Origin: Burkholderiaceae bacterium
GTDB lineage: Bacteria > Pseudomonadota > Gammaproteobacteria > Burkholderiales > Burkholderiaceae_E
Reading direction: 5' to 3'
Length of the DNA: 64,000 nucleotides
Assembly: GCA_024637395.1 (NCBI GenBank)
Contig: JAGXFG010000009.1
Coordinates: 1,157-65,156, forward strand
How positions within the stretch are numbered: position 1 is the first letter of the stretch; each line of letters starts with the position of its first letter. The translations under genes were made by a program, and so were the position numbers. A model generated the notes under the pieces. That model was not told where the DNA came from. It worked only from the letters and a program-made list of their open reading frames with translations, and did not search any database. Shown in pieces: positions 44,866 through 55,886 of this stretch.

Positions 44866-44941
44866 CTCCTGCTCCGAATGAATAGCCGACGTCCGATCAT
44901 ACTGATCCGGGCGAGGGACCCGGCCAAAAACCACTGCGCCT

Positions 44942-45694
44942 TCAGACCTTCCAGCCCTCGTGCAATGCCGCCACTCCGGCGGTCAGGTTGAAGTAGCGCA
45001 CGCGCGCCAACCCCGAGTGCTCCATCATGGTCTTGAGCGTTTCCTGATCCGGGTGCATCCGGATCGACTCCGCCAGGTAGCGATAGCTCTCGGAATCGCC
45101 CGCGATGCGCTGGCCCAGCCACGGCAGGACCCCGAAGGAATAGGCATCGTAGACCGGTGCGAGCGGTTTCCAGACGCGCGAAAACTCCAGCACCAACAAT
45201 TTGCCGCCGGGCTTGAGCACCCGCGCCATTTCCGCCAGAGCCAGATCCTTGTGGGTCATGTTGCGCAGCCCAAAGGCCACCGTCACACGATCGAAATAGC
45301 CGTCCGGAAACGGCAGCCGTTCAGCGTCGCACTGGGCACTCGGCGACACCAGCCCGTCGTCGAGCATTCGGTCGCGGCCCACCGCGAGCATCGACGCATT
45401 GATGTCGGTGAGCCAGACCTCGCCGCTCGGCCCCACCCGGCGCGCAAAGGCGCGGGCGAGATCGGCGGTGCCGCCGGCAACATCGAGCACCTTCATCCCG
45501 GACCTCACTCCCGCCTGGCCAATCGTGAAGGATTTCCAGATCCGATGCAGTCCCGCCGACATCAGGTCGTTCATCACGTCGTAGCGCTGCGCCACCGAGT
45601 GAAAGACATCGGCAACCCGGCCTTGCTTTTCTTCCTCCGCGACCTTGCGGTATCCGAAATCGGTGGTCTTGGGCTCGTTCATCGCTTGGTCCAT
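44942..45694 (-). CDS. ubiE: Ubiquinone/menaquinone biosynthesis C-methyltransferase
   Basis: [11 protein letters not shown]...V..VF.SVA.RYD.MNDLMS.G.HR.WK...; [11 protein letters not shown]. Confidence 0.95.
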   Translation of the reverse strand: MDQAMNEPKTTDFGYRKVAEEEKQGRVADVFHSVAQRYDVMNDLMSAGLHRIWKSFTIGQAGVRSGMKVLDVAGGTADLARAFARRVGPSGEVWLTDINASMLAVGRDRMLDDGLVSPSAQCDAERLPFPDGYFDRVTVAFGLRNMTHKDLALAEMARVLKPGGKLLVLEFSRVWKPLAPVYDAYSFGVLPWLGQRIAGDSESYRYLAESIRMHPDQETLKTMMEHSGLARVRYFNLTAGVAALHEGWKV

Positions 45695-45735
45695 CTGCAG
45701 TGATGCGCCACTGGAATGCGCACGGACTTGGCCGC

Positions 45736-46173
45736 TCAGGACTTCGGGCGGCGCAATTCGGTGGCCCGCGGCGCTGGCGAGCCCTCGTCGGGGCTGTCCC
45801 CGTCGCCCCGGCTTTCACCGGCAGCGGCCAGGTTCTCGAGGTATTGCAGCCAGAGGTCGGGCTGGTTTGCGCCGAGCCAGTAGAGGTAGTCCCAAGAGTA
45901 GATTCCGCTGTCGTGACCGTCCGAGAAACAGGGTTGGATCGCGTACTGTCCAACCGGTTCGACCCGGTCGACGACGACGTCGCGCTTGCCGACCTGCAGC
46001 ACCTCCTGGCCAGGACCATGTCCGCGGACCTCGGCCGAGGGCGAGTTGACCCGCAGGAATTCGAACGGAAAACGAAATATCCGGCCATCGTTGAACTCGA
46101 CCTCGAGCGCGCGCGACACCGAGTGGACGACAATTTTCGTCGGCAGTGGCGTATCTTTTTCCAGTCCGGCCAT
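45736..46173 (-). CDS. DUF971 (gamma-butyrobetaine hydroxylase-like N-terminal domain) protein
   Basis: ...[27 protein letters not shown]......[28 protein letters not shown]. Confidence 0.85.
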   Translation of the reverse strand: MAGLEKDTPLPTKIVVHSVSRALEVEFNDGRIFRFPFEFLRVNSPSAEVRGHGPGQEVLQVGKRDVVVDRVEPVGQYAIQPCFSDGHDSGIYSWDYLYWLGANQPDLWLQYLENLAAAGESRGDGDSPDEGSPAPRATELRRPKS

Positions 46174-46257
46174 CGAGCATCAATCCTCAAAGACAAGGAT
46201 AGATGGTAGCCGAAAAAGATTGTGCCCCCGCAAGCGGCAGCGCTGGCTGCCCGCAGC

Positions 46258-47889
46258 TCAGAAGGAACTGGAAATCGCCTGCAACTGATAGCCGGGACCA
46301 TAGCCGACACGGGCGAACGCGAATACCCGGGATTCGTCGGCCCCCTCTCTCAGGCTGATCCGGGCGCCCTTGGGCACTTCTCCGGAACGCATGGCCAGGA
46401 CAGTGGGGATGCCCTCGGAGCTGCGCAGCAGGAAGGCATCGGAGTATTCCAGTTCGTCGAGCACCCGGACTCCGACCGGAACCGGACGACCGGGCAACGT
46501 CCGCACGCCAACCCGGTGGGTCGGCGACTTGTCGCCGGACAATTCGGCAAATTGCTGCAAGGAGACGACCCGACCCAGCACGAATCGCGAGCGCCCGGCC
46601 CAGACAGAGCCATTTTCACCGTCCACCGGCAGCAAGGCGACGATATCGCCCAGGCTCGAAGACGGCGTCGGGCTGTGCCGATCGAACACGATGAGGTCCT
46701 CTTCGACCCGGTGGATCCGCTCGGTCTGGCCCTCGGCCATCAGCGCCGTGACCGGATCGCGCGCCGAGGCCACGCTGCCGAGCGCCCGATGGAGGACCGA
46801 GTCCGCTTCCCAGATGCCGCTGCGATAGGTCGCAACCGACAGTCCCGACCAGCCCCGATCCTCGCCCAGCCCAAGTTCGGTGTGTGCGCCCCAGAAGGCC
46901 GGCAGGCCGAAACGCACCCGCAGTGTGGCGCCGATTGGCCGGGCCGCAACGTCGCAGCTCGCCTCCGGGCCCCAGGCGACATCGAGGTGATCGAGCAATT
47001 CGGTGAGTGCCGGGGTGTCCAGGCCGAGGGCTGCCCGCCCGACGCGGCGCTCGTCCGAGAGCCACTCGGTGCGCCGGGTCTCGAGCGTTCGCAACAGCTT
47101 GTCGGTGAGGAGCCGCAACCGCGGCCCGACTCCGGTGATCAGCAGCGGGCCAGGCTCCCTTGCCGAGTGCGCCTGGAGCGATTCGTAACCGAAACCCACG
47201 CGCGTGGCCCAGCGCCGCGCCAGCTTGTCGATCAGGGCGCGTTCCGCGGCCGGAAAGCCTTCGCAGCCGGCAAAAAGCAGCAGCAGTGGATAGGTGAATG
47301 CGCCGCGCGCGGTGTTGGGCTGGGTCAGCGCCGCGCGGTCGGGCAGCGACTGGTCGAGAAAGGTCGTGCGGCGCATGTGTTGCGCCATCAGGCCGAGCTC
47401 GTCCCAGGCCTGCGGACCAACCATGGTGCGGCAGCGCAGCAGCAGCGCCATCGCGCGCGACTGGGCATCGAGCGCCCGCGCCAGCGGCAATACCACCCGC
47501 AGGGCATTGGTGGCCCCCGGAATCACCGAGCGGGTGTCGAGGCTGCGGGCGTCGCTCATGCGCGCGTAGACCCGCTTGAAAGCATCGCGCAACGCCAGGA
47601 GCGCGCCATGAAGTTCGTTGAGCGCGCTGCGTTGCTCAGGCACAAAGGGAATCGGTGCCACCTGCAGCGGCCGCACCGCATCCTCGATCGCGACCAGCAG
47701 TTCCACGCGGGTTAGTTCCAGGCATTCGAAGCAGGGGTCGGGAGCGACGTCGCCGCGCAGCAGGCGTTCGAGCAATACCGAGATCGCCGCGATCCGGTCG
47801 CGGGGCGCGGGTGCAAGGGTATCGAGCCACGCCTGGCAACTCGGCGCGTCCTTGACGCGCATGGTCGGTTTTTGGGCTGAGGATGCCAT
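46258..47889 (-). CDS. Large conserved-looking hypothetical protein, possibly with a degenerate PilZ-like C-terminal barrel
   Basis: 543-aa ORF with no TM segment or signal peptide and no catalytic motif that I recognise. Near the C-terminus, THRVGVR (RxxxR) is followed about 25 aa later by LLRSSEG (xxSxxG). Confidence 0.6.
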   Translation of the reverse strand: MASSAQKPTMRVKDAPSCQAWLDTLAPAPRDRIAAISVLLERLLRGDVAPDPCFECLELTRVELLVAIEDAVRPLQVAPIPFVPEQRSALNELHGALLALRDAFKRVYARMSDARSLDTRSVIPGATNALRVVLPLARALDAQSRAMALLLRCRTMVGPQAWDELGLMAQHMRRTTFLDQSLPDRAALTQPNTARGAFTYPLLLLFAGCEGFPAAERALIDKLARRWATRVGFGYESLQAHSAREPGPLLITGVGPRLRLLTDKLLRTLETRRTEWLSDERRVGRAALGLDTPALTELLDHLDVAWGPEASCDVAARPIGATLRVRFGLPAFWGAHTELGLGEDRGWSGLSVATYRSGIWEADSVLHRALGSVASARDPVTALMAEGQTERIHRVEEDLIVFDRHSPTPSSSLGDIVALLPVDGENGSVWAGRSRFVLGRVVSLQQFAELSGDKSPTHRVGVRTLPGRPVPVGVRVLDELEYSDAFLLRSSEGIPTVLAMRSGEVPKGARISLREGADESRVFAFARVGYGPGYQLQAISSSF

Positions 47890-48048
47890 TTCTTGCGCTT
47901 CCTGCGGGTTCAGCAGGTCCTTAAGGCGCGAGTTTGCCGCCGTTTCAGGGCCAGCGGGGGAATGGCCGGATACGAGGCGACCAACGGCGCCAGAGCTGCG
48001 ACAAGAGGGCGGCCAGGGCGTTTCGGCCCTGCCCTGCCGCGCCTGGAT

Positions 48049-48489
48049 TCAGCCCGCGACCAGAGCGTCCAGCCGCGCCGCCAGGGCGTCGCGATAGACG
48101 GCGAGCAGAGGGCTGGACTTGGTCAGCCGCGCCGCGCCGTCACGCTCTGCGCCAGCCCAGACCGGCGCCGGGAAATGACTGTCGTCACGCCAGCGCGGAA
48201 TGACGTGCCAGTGCAGGTGGGGAACCACGTTGCCGAGGCTCGCGAGATTGATCTTGTCCGGGCACAGCAGATCACGCTGGACCTGCTCGACACACCACAC
48301 CAGCGCCATCAGCCCAGCGCGCTCAGCGGGGACCAAATCGGTCATCTCCGCTCGGTGTGCCGCCCAGATCACCCGGGTGAAACCAGGGAACTGGGGCTCA
48401 TCGGCCAGCACCACCCGGGCACTCTTGCCGCGCCAGACGAGCTCGCCGCCGTCATCGGTGCAGAGCGGGCATTGAGGATGCGCGGTCAT
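48049..48489 (-). CDS. HIT-family nucleotide hydrolase/transferase
   Basis: NVVPHLHWHVIPR (histidine triad), and an N-terminal CPLC. Confidence 0.9.
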   Translation of the reverse strand: MTAHPQCPLCTDDGGELVWRGKSARVVLADEPQFPGFTRVIWAAHRAEMTDLVPAERAGLMALVWCVEQVQRDLLCPDKINLASLGNVVPHLHWHVIPRWRDDSHFPAPVWAGAERDGAARLTKSSPLLAVYRDALAARLDALVAG

Positions 48490-49706
48490 CGCGGTCCGGG
48501 CGGGGCAGCATCAGGAACAGCCTTCGATGCCGCGGGCGCGGCGATCTGGTGGCGTACGAACCCTCCCAGCGATGGCTGAGCCGGCGAGACCCACAACTCG
48601 CGGGTCACGAGATTCATGATCACGCTGGCGACCGTCTCGACCCGCGAGGCCGCCGGGACGGCCGGATTAGGAAAGCGGCAGATCGAGTCGAATCCCGCCC
48701 GGCCATCGCTGAGCACCATCTGCGCTGCAGCAAGATTCATCGGCTCCGAATCCGCTCCGAGCAGCTCACTGGCGGCGCCAAACCGTGCGATGGTGGAATT
48801 GTTGCCGACCAGATTGGCGTCGAAACCGGCCTGCTCCTGGTCGAGAAAGTGGTTGGTATGCCATAACCTGCCCTGCGCGGGCTCTAACACCCGCACTGCG
48901 CGCGGCGAACATTCCAGGCTGGCCACCGCTCCGCCGGCGTCGGCCATCAGCACGTTGCTCGATGAGGTGTAGTGGGGCTGCAAGCGCGAGAACTCGAGCG
49001 CCTGCGCCACCGAATCGCAGGCGAGCAGCGCGCGCAGCAGGATATGAACCGGCAGCCCCGGCAGCTGGCCGTCGTCGAAAGAGCGCAGGATGTTGAGCGT
49101 CACCCCCAGACCATGCTGGTTGCAGCCGATCTTGGCGAGCATCCCGGCTTCCGTCACCGTCAGGTAACGCGGTCCGTCGTCCGGTGTCACGTCGAGCAGC
49201 ACCAGGGCATCGCGCTGGCCGCCGAGCCAGTCCCAGTTCTGGGCCAGCCATACCGCCGGCACGCTCGCCTGGGAACCTCCCGCCCCGGCCCCCGGCGCGG
49301 ACGCCGCCATCGATGGCGCCACCGCAAACGAAGTGCACTCGTTGACGGCGCCAGTGGCAGATGGGGCGGCACCGGCGAGCGCGGCAACCCGTGCGTGATA
49401 GTCGGGCGGCAGCAACTCGGTGCGCGCATTGAGCGCGAGCAGCGTCCCGAAGGGCACTCCCGAGCCTTCGGCGATGCCGTGGATCTCCTCGAGCGCCTGC
49501 GGAAAGGCGCGCTCGATCACGGCTTCGAAGGGCCTCGCCCGCTCCGCGACCTGCTGCCAGTTCATGCCGCAGACCGCAAACATCTTTCCGTAGGAAGAGA
49601 GCGACACGGCGATCTGCGCACCGGCGGCTTCGCCATAGCGCCGGCCCCGCGAGCGCGCGCCGCCGCCCAGTTCGATTCGCGCTACTGGCGGCTGGCTGGC
49701 TGTCAT
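48486..49706 (-). CDS. Peptidase C45 / acyl-CoA:6-aminopenicillanic-acid acyltransferase family protein
   Basis: ...NECTSF (the autoproteolytic nucleophile Cys context)...AQNWDW...TEAGMLAKIG.N..GLGV.LN.L. ATGA overlap with the HIT gene. Confidence 0.8.
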   Translation of the reverse strand: MTASQPPVARIELGGGARSRGRRYGEAAGAQIAVSLSSYGKMFAVCGMNWQQVAERARPFEAVIERAFPQALEEIHGIAEGSGVPFGTLLALNARTELLPPDYHARVAALAGAAPSATGAVNECTSFAVAPSMAASAPGAGAGGSQASVPAVWLAQNWDWLGGQRDALVLLDVTPDDGPRYLTVTEAGMLAKIGCNQHGLGVTLNILRSFDDGQLPGLPVHILLRALLACDSVAQALEFSRLQPHYTSSSNVLMADAGGAVASLECSPRAVRVLEPAQGRLWHTNHFLDQEQAGFDANLVGNNSTIARFGAASELLGADSEPMNLAAAQMVLSDGRAGFDSICRFPNPAVPAASRVETVASVIMNLVTRELWVSPAQPSLGGFVRHQIAAPAASKAVPDAAPPGPR

Positions 49707-49745
49707 CGGTTCAATGCTCCGATCATCCTTTCCCCTGTGCCGTTG

Positions 49746-52700
49746 CTACAGCAGCACCCGCTCGATGCCGCCATCATTGGCGCGCCGGACGTAATCGCCC
49801 AGCCAGTCCGCGCCGAGCAGGTTCCTGGCGAGTTCCACCACGATATAGTCGGCCTCGGCACCGATGTCGTCGTTGTAGCGCGACAGTCCCTGCAGGCACG
49901 AGGGGCACGAGGTCAGCACCTTGACCGGTCCGTCGAATGGCTGGCCGTCGGCCAGGGCGCGCTCGCGCACCGCGGCCGTGTCACGCCGCAGTTCCTCCTC
50001 CTTGCGAAATCGCACCTGGGTGGCCACGTCGGGCCGGGCAACCCCCAGTGTTCCGGACTCGCCGCAGCAGCGGTCGGTCCGCTCGACCCTGCCATTGATG
50101 CCGTCGTTGATCAACTCGTTGACCACCTTCAGCGGGGCGTAGTGCTTGATCGGGCTGTGGCAGGGGTCGTGGTAGACGTAGCGCGTGCCGGTTACCTCGC
50201 CGAGCTTGACCCCCCGCTCCATCAGGAATTCGTGAATGTCCACGATCCGGCTGCCGGGGAAGATCTTCTCGAATTCGTAGCCCTGGAGCTGATCCTGGCA
50301 GGTGCCGCAGGACACGACCACGGTCTTGATGTCGAGGTAGTTGAGGGTATTGGCGACGCGGTGGAACAGCACCCGATTGTCGGTGATCAGCTTCTCGGCC
50401 TTGTCGAACTGCCCCGAGCCGCGCTGCGGATAGCCACAACAAAGGTAGCCGGGGGGCAGCACGGTCTGAACGCCGACTTCCCAGAGCATCGCCTGGGTCG
50501 CCAGCCCCACCTGCGAGAACAGCCGCTCGGAGCCGCAGCCCGGGAAGTAGAACACGGCTTCGGCATCGACCGTGGTGGCCTTGGGGTCGCGGATGATCGG
50601 AACGTAGCGACTGTCCTCGACGTCGAGCAACGCCCGCGCCGTCTTGCTCGGCAGCTTGGCCGGCATCTTCTTGTTGACGAAGTGAACGACCTGCTCGCGC
50701 AGCGGCGCTCGCCCGATGCTCAACGGCGGCTTGCGCGTCTGCGCGCGGCCAAACCGCGCCAGCAGCCGGCTCGCGAAGCGCTGCGCCTTGAAACCGAACC
50801 CGACCATCAGCGTGCGCGCTGCCCTGATCGTCTGCGGATCGGTGGCGTTCAACATGAACATCGCCGCGGCGCTGCCGGCGTTGAACTTCTTCTTGCCCAT
50901 CTTGCGCAGCAAGTCGCGCATGTTCATCGACACGTCGCCGAAATCGATGTCCACCGGACAGGGGTTGAGGCACTTGTGACAAATCGTGCAGTGATCGGCA
51001 ACGTCGGAGAATTCTTCCCAGTGGGCCAGCGAGACCCCGCGCCGGGTCTGCTCCTCGTAGAGGAAGGCCTCGATCAGCAGAGAGGTGGCGAGGATCTTGT
51101 CGCGGGGCGAATAGAGCAGGTTGGCGCGCGGCACGTGGGTGGCGCAAACCGGCTTGCACTTGCCGCAGCGCAGGCAGTCCGACACCGAATCGGCGATCGA
51201 GCCGAGATCCGATTGCTTGAGCAGCAGCGACTCGGCGCCCATCAGGCCGAACGACGGCGTGTAGGCGTTGCGCAGATCGCCGCCGGGCAACAGCTTGCCG
51301 CGGTTGAATCGCCCCTGGGGATCGACCCGCTCCTTGTAACCGCGAAACTCGGCCGTCTCCTCGTCGGTCAGGAACTCGAGCTTGGTGATTCCGATCCCGT
51401 GTTCGCCCGAGATCACGCCGTCGAGCGCGCGCGCCAACGCCATGATCCGCACCACCGCCGACTGGGCCTGATGGAGCATCGCGTAGTCGTCGGAGTTGAC
51501 CGGGATGTTGGTGTGCACGTTGCCGTCGCCGGCGTGCATATGCAGCGCGATGAACACCCGGCTGCGCAATACCCGCTGGTGAACGGCATCGACGGCGTCG
51601 ATCACCGGGGCAAAAGTCTGGCCGGTGAAAATCCGGGCCATCGCGGCCCGCACCTCGGTCTTCCATGACACCCTGATCGTGCGGTCCTGCAGCATGTCAA
51701 AGAGCGTCTGCCCGGCGCCAGCCGCGACGCGGGCGTCGAGTTCGGGCAGGAACGATTCGAGTCCGACCTCGACCAGCCCGGCACGCACTTCCGGCAGCGG
51801 CTGGTCAATGCTCTCGAGCAGGAATTGCCAGCGCGCCCGGATCGCCGAGTGACACTCCGCCGCTGCCAGCAGCCGCTGCGCCAGCAGCGCCTCGTCGGTC
51901 ACCGGCTGGTCGCTGTCGCCACCCTGGGGGCGGCCGAGCACCAGCGGCCCGGCCAGCAGTTCCTCGAGACCATCGAGCATCGCCAGCTTGTTGCCGATCG
52001 AGTACTCGATGTTCAGGCGCTCGATGCCATCGGTGTACTCGCCCATGCGGGGCAGCGGGATGACCACGTCCTCGTTGATCTTGAATGCATTGGTGTGGCG
52101 CGAGATCGCGGCGGTGCGCGCGCGATCCAGCCAGAACGCCTTGCGGGCCTCGGGGGAAACGGCCACGAAGCCCTCTCCCGTGCGCGCGTTGGCGATCCGG
52201 ACCACCTGCGCGGCGGCACGCGCCACGGCGTCATCGTCCTCACCGACGATGTCGCCGAACAGCACCATCTTGGGCAGACCACCGCGGCGAGATTTGGTCG
52301 TATAGCCAACCGCCCGCAGGTAGCGTTCGTCGAGATGCTCGAGTCCGGCCAGCGTCGCATTGACCGCCGGATCGTCGAGATAATCCTTGATCTCGACGAT
52401 CGAGGGCACCGCGTCCTTGGCCTGGCCGAAGAATTCCAGGCAGACCGTGCGCACCTGCGGCGGCATCCGGTGCAGGACCCAGCGGGCGGCAGTGATCAGC
52501 CCGTCGCAGCCCTCCTTCTGCACCCCGGGGAGCCCCGCCAGGAACTTGTCGGTGACGTCCTTGCCCAGGCCGGCCTTGCGAAAACGCCGCCCCTCGACCT
52601 CGAGGCGCTCGCTGCGCACCGGGTTGCCGTGCATCGTGCCGTCGGGCTGAAGTTGCGCGGGCTTGTACCACTTCAGCTCGAAACGCACCAACTCGACGTC

Positions 52701-53699
52701 GTGGATCTTGCCGCGGTTGTGTTCGAGCCGGGTGACCTCGAGCCACTGCCCCTGCGGATCGACCATCCGCCACCAGGCCAGGTTGTCGAGCGCCGTGCCC
52801 CAGAGCACGGCCTTCTTGCCGCCGGCGTTCATCGCGACGTTGCCGCCGACCGTGCAGGCGTCGGCCGAGGTCGGGTCGACCGCGAACACCAGGCCGGCCG
52901 CCTCGGCGGCCTCGGCCACCCGGCGGGTGACGACGCCGGCCTCGCTGAAGATCGTCGGCACCTGCCCCGCGACCCCGGGAAGGTCGGTCATCTCGACCGG
53001 GCCGAGCCGCTCGAGCTTCTCGAGGTTGATGACCGCCGAGCGCGGCGTCAGCGGTACGGCTCCGCCGGTATAGCCGGTGCCGCCGCCGCGCGGGATGATG
53101 GTCAGCCCGAGTTCGAAACAATCGGCCACCATCCGCCCGACCTCGCGCTCGCGATCGGGTGCCAGCACCACGAACGGGTACTCGACCCGCCAGTCGGTGG
53201 CGTCGGTGACATGGGACACTCGCGACATCGCATCGAAGCGGACGTTGTTGCGATTGGTATGGCGCAGGAAGCGGCGCTGGCTCTTGGCGCGCAACGCGCC
53301 GACGCGGCCGAAGTCGTGCTCGAAGCGCTCGGCAGCCTCCTTGGTGCTGGCCAGCAGTGCGCTGACCTTGGCGCTGCGAGCGGCCGCCTGCTCGTCAACC
53401 GAATCGCGCAGGTCGTGCTGGCGCCGCTTCTCGATCTCCGCCACCCGGTGGTGCAGCGCTTCGACCAGCAGCCGGCTGCGCTTCGGGTTCGCGAGCAGGT
53501 CGTCCTGGAGATAGGGGTTGCGCTGCACCGCCCAGATGTCGCCCAGGACCTCGTAGAGCATTCGCGCCGAACGGCCGGTGCGCCGTTCCGAACGCAACTC
53601 TTCGAGGATCGCCCAAGCGTCCTCGCCCAGCAGCCGGATAACGATCTCGCGATCGGCGAACGACGTGTAGTTATAGGGAATCTCGCGCAGACGCGGCAC
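49746..53699 (-). CDS. Giant fused oxidoreductase: N-terminal DUF3683-like region, FAD-linked oxidase (GlcD-like), and 4Fe-4S/CCG cysteine-rich domain (GlcF-like)
   Basis: 1317 aa. [20 protein letters not shown] at the N-terminus. [16 protein letters not shown] (FAD-binding PCMH motif). [11 protein letters not shown] and [12 protein letters not shown] (ferredoxin-type clusters). C-terminal CCG motifs. Confidence 0.9.
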   Translation of the reverse strand: MPRLREIPYNYTSFADREIVIRLLGEDAWAILEELRSERRTGRSARMLYEVLGDIWAVQRNPYLQDDLLANPKRSRLLVEALHHRVAEIEKRRQHDLRDSVDEQAAARSAKVSALLASTKEAAERFEHDFGRVGALRAKSQRRFLRHTNRNNVRFDAMSRVSHVTDATDWRVEYPFVVLAPDREREVGRMVADCFELGLTIIPRGGGTGYTGGAVPLTPRSAVINLEKLERLGPVEMTDLPGVAGQVPTIFSEAGVVTRRVAEAAEAAGLVFAVDPTSADACTVGGNVAMNAGGKKAVLWGTALDNLAWWRMVDPQGQWLEVTRLEHNRGKIHDVELVRFELKWYKPAQLQPDGTMHGNPVRSERLEVEGRRFRKAGLGKDVTDKFLAGLPGVQKEGCDGLITAARWVLHRMPPQVRTVCLEFFGQAKDAVPSIVEIKDYLDDPAVNATLAGLEHLDERYLRAVGYTTKSRRGGLPKMVLFGDIVGEDDDAVARAAAQVVRIANARTGEGFVAVSPEARKAFWLDRARTAAISRHTNAFKINEDVVIPLPRMGEYTDGIERLNIEYSIGNKLAMLDGLEELLAGPLVLGRPQGGDSDQPVTDEALLAQRLLAAAECHSAIRARWQFLLESIDQPLPEVRAGLVEVGLESFLPELDARVAAGAGQTLFDMLQDRTIRVSWKTEVRAAMARIFTGQTFAPVIDAVDAVHQRVLRSRVFIALHMHAGDGNVHTNIPVNSDDYAMLHQAQSAVVRIMALARALDGVISGEHGIGITKLEFLTDEETAEFRGYKERVDPQGRFNRGKLLPGGDLRNAYTPSFGLMGAESLLLKQSDLGSIADSVSDCLRCGKCKPVCATHVPRANLLYSPRDKILATSLLIEAFLYEEQTRRGVSLAHWEEFSDVADHCTICHKCLNPCPVDIDFGDVSMNMRDLLRKMGKKKFNAGSAAAMFMLNATDPQTIRAARTLMVGFGFKAQRFASRLLARFGRAQTRKPPLSIGRAPLREQVVHFVNKKMPAKLPSKTARALLDVEDSRYVPIIRDPKATTVDAEAVFYFPGCGSERLFSQVGLATQAMLWEVGVQTVLPPGYLCCGYPQRGSGQFDKAEKLITDNRVLFHRVANTLNYLDIKTVVVSCGTCQDQLQGYEFEKIFPGSRIVDIHEFLMERGVKLGEVTGTRYVYHDPCHSPIKHYAPLKVVNELINDGINGRVERTDRCCGESGTLGVARPDVATQVRFRKEEELRRDTAAVRERALADGQPFDGPVKVLTSCPSCLQGLSRYNDDIGAEADYIVVELARNLLGADWLGDYVRRANDGGIERVLL

Positions 53700-53740
53700 G
53701 CCAACCCCTCGAAGGAAAAGAATATCTTACCGCCAGGCGT

Positions 53741-54235
53741 TCACAAACCCGCAATCGGCTTGAGCAGGCTCACCCACCAGGCATCGGGAACCCACAACAA
53801 CAAAGCGGTCATCACCGAATAGCGCGTCAGCTTGCCCAGGGCCATCCAGAACACCGACGGCCAGAACGGCAGCTTCAGCCAGCCGGCTACCGCGCACAGC
53901 GGGTCTCCAACCAACGGCAGCCAGGCCATCACCAGCGCCTTCGGGCCAAGCCGCTTGAACCATTTCAGATAGTGGGTTTCGCGGTGAGGGGCAACCACGC
54001 TCTTGGCGCCGAAGCCCATCCAGTAGTCGACCGCGCCGCCCAGCGTGTTGCCCACCGTCGCCACGAGCACCGTGATCCAGAACTGGTCGGGATTCAGTTT
54101 GACGTACCCGAACACTGCCGGTTCCGAGCCCAGGGGGAGCAGAGTTGCCGAAACGAACGCGATGACAAACACCGACGTCAGGCCGTGGCGGGGAAGCGCA
54201 AACCAGGCGAGGCTCGCGTACACCATTCTTTCCAT
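53741..54235 (-). CDS. YqaA/DedA-related (SNARE-associated) inner-membrane protein
   Basis: MERMVYASL...VFVIAFVSATLLPLGSEP.....V........LVATVGNTLGG..DYW.G...LP.VGDPL. The start at 54235 is inside the track ORF. Confidence 0.8.
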   Translation of the reverse strand: MERMVYASLAWFALPRHGLTSVFVIAFVSATLLPLGSEPAVFGYVKLNPDQFWITVLVATVGNTLGGAVDYWMGFGAKSVVAPHRETHYLKWFKRLGPKALVMAWLPLVGDPLCAVAGWLKLPFWPSVFWMALGKLTRYSVMTALLLWVPDAWWVSLLKPIAGL

Positions 54236-54299
54236 GGGCGGGCAGTGTACCCCCCAGGATGCGCGTCCGCTCGAGTAGACCGCTAAAATACCCGCTGCC

Positions 54300-55811
54300 A
54301 TGCACACCGACTATCTCAAGAGAATCCTCAACGCCAAGGTCTACGACGTCGCCCAGGAGACACCGCTGGAGCTGGCGCCGGTGCTCTCGGCGCGGCTCGA
54401 CAACCACGTGCTGCTCAAGCGCGAGGACCTGCAGTCGGTGTTCTCGTTCAAGTTGCGCGGCGCATACAACAAGATGGCCCACCTGTCGGCGGCCGAACTC
54501 GCCCGCGGTGTCATTGCCGCTTCGGCCGGCAACCACGCCCAGGGGGTGGCACTGGCCGCCATGAAGCTCGGCTGCCGGGCAGTGATCGTGATGCCGGTGA
54601 CGACCCCGGCGGTCAAGGTGAACGCGGTGCGCGCCCGGGGCGCCGAAGTAGTCATCAGCGGCGACTCGTACAGCGAGGCGCACGACCATGCGCTCGAGCT
54701 GCAACAGGCCCATGGGTTGACCTTCGTGCATCCGTTCGACGACCCCGACGTCATTGCCGGACAAGGCACGATCGGCATGGAGATCCTGCGCCAGCACCAG
54801 GGGCCGATCGACGCGATCTTCGTGGCGATTGGCGGCGGCGGTCTGATCGCCGGAATCGCGACCTACGTCAAGCAGTTGCGCCCCGAGGTGCGGATCATCG
54901 GCGTGCAGACCACCGACTCGGACGCGATGGCCCGCTCGTTGCGGGCCGGGCGGCGCATCGAGCTGCGCGAGGTCGGCCTGTTCTCCGACGGGACGGCCGT
55001 CAAGAAGGTCGGGGCGGAGACCTTCCGTCTCGCCCGCGAATTCGTCGATGAAATCATCCTGGTCGACACCGATGCCACCTGCGCGGCGATCAAGGACGTC
55101 TTCGAGGACACCCGCGCCATTCTCGAGCCCGCCGGGGCCCTGGCGATCGCCGGGGCCAAGGCCTGGGTTGCCCGTGAGGGAATCCGCGGCGCAACCCTGA
55201 TCGCGGTCGCCTGCGGCGCCAACATGAATTTCGACCGCCTGCGCTTCGTCTCGGAGCGCGCCGAGATCGGCGAGCAGCGCGAAGCCGTTTTTGCCGTGAC
55301 GATTCCCGAGGAGCGCGGCAGTTTTCGCCGCTTCTGTGAGGCAATCGGACCGCGCAACGTCACCGAGTTCAACTACCGGATTGCCGACTCGAAAGAGGCG
55401 CACCTGTTCGTCGGAATCCAGATTCCAGCCCGCGCCGAAGCCCACGTCATCGCCGCCGACCTGGCGCAGGCCGGTTTCACGGCGGTCGACCTGACCGACG
55501 ACGAACTGGCCAAGGTGCACCTGCGCCACCTCGTGGGCGGGCGCTCGCCGCTGTCCAAGGGCGAACTGATCTACCGGTTCGAGTTCCCCGAGCGCCCCGG
55601 CGCGCTGATGATGTTCCTCTCGAGCATGCACCCGAGCTGGAACATCACGCTGTTTCACTACCGCAACCACGGCGCCGACTACGGCCGGATTCTGGTCGGA
55701 CTGCAGGTGCCGCGGGCCGAACGTGCCGAGTTCAACGCGGTGCTCGCGTCGCTCAGCTACCGCCACGTCGACGAGACCAGGAACCCGGCCTACCGGCTAT
55801 TCCTTTCCTGA
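54300..55811 (+). CDS. ilvA: Biosynthetic threonine ammonia-lyase (with tandem ACT-like regulatory domains)
   Basis: YLKRILNAKVYDVAQETPLE....LS.RL.N.VLLKREDLQSVFSFKLRGAYN (PLP Lys). 503 aa. Confidence 0.96.
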   Translation: MHTDYLKRILNAKVYDVAQETPLELAPVLSARLDNHVLLKREDLQSVFSFKLRGAYNKMAHLSAAELARGVIAASAGNHAQGVALAAMKLGCRAVIVMPVTTPAVKVNAVRARGAEVVISGDSYSEAHDHALELQQAHGLTFVHPFDDPDVIAGQGTIGMEILRQHQGPIDAIFVAIGGGGLIAGIATYVKQLRPEVRIIGVQTTDSDAMARSLRAGRRIELREVGLFSDGTAVKKVGAETFRLAREFVDEIILVDTDATCAAIKDVFEDTRAILEPAGALAIAGAKAWVAREGIRGATLIAVACGANMNFDRLRFVSERAEIGEQREAVFAVTIPEERGSFRRFCEAIGPRNVTEFNYRIADSKEAHLFVGIQIPARAEAHVIAADLAQAGFTAVDLTDDELAKVHLRHLVGGRSPLSKGELIYRFEFPERPGALMMFLSSMHPSWNITLFHYRNHGADYGRILVGLQVPRAERAEFNAVLASLSYRHVDETRNPAYRLFLS

Positions 55812-55886
55812 AACGTTACTGAAGCTAGTGGTGACGTCGGCAAGCTAGCTGTGCGGACGATATAATTCGAGCAAATTCAAACGTTT

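Noticed and set aside
48972-53822. 898-aa and 665-aa + strand ORFs (48972..51668 and 51825..53822)
   Set aside because: Both are antisense to the C45 gene and to the 1317-aa FAD/Fe-S oxidoreductase. Both are compositional artefacts.
53727-55766. 679-aa minus-strand ORF
   Set aside because: It is antisense to ilvA and out of frame with the YqaA-like gene. It has no motifs.
55861-55866. Perfect TATAAT hexamer 20 nt upstream of hemA
   Set aside because: No acceptable -35 element lies at 16-18 bp spacing. The resulting leader would also lack an RBS. This is not enough evidence to call a promoter.
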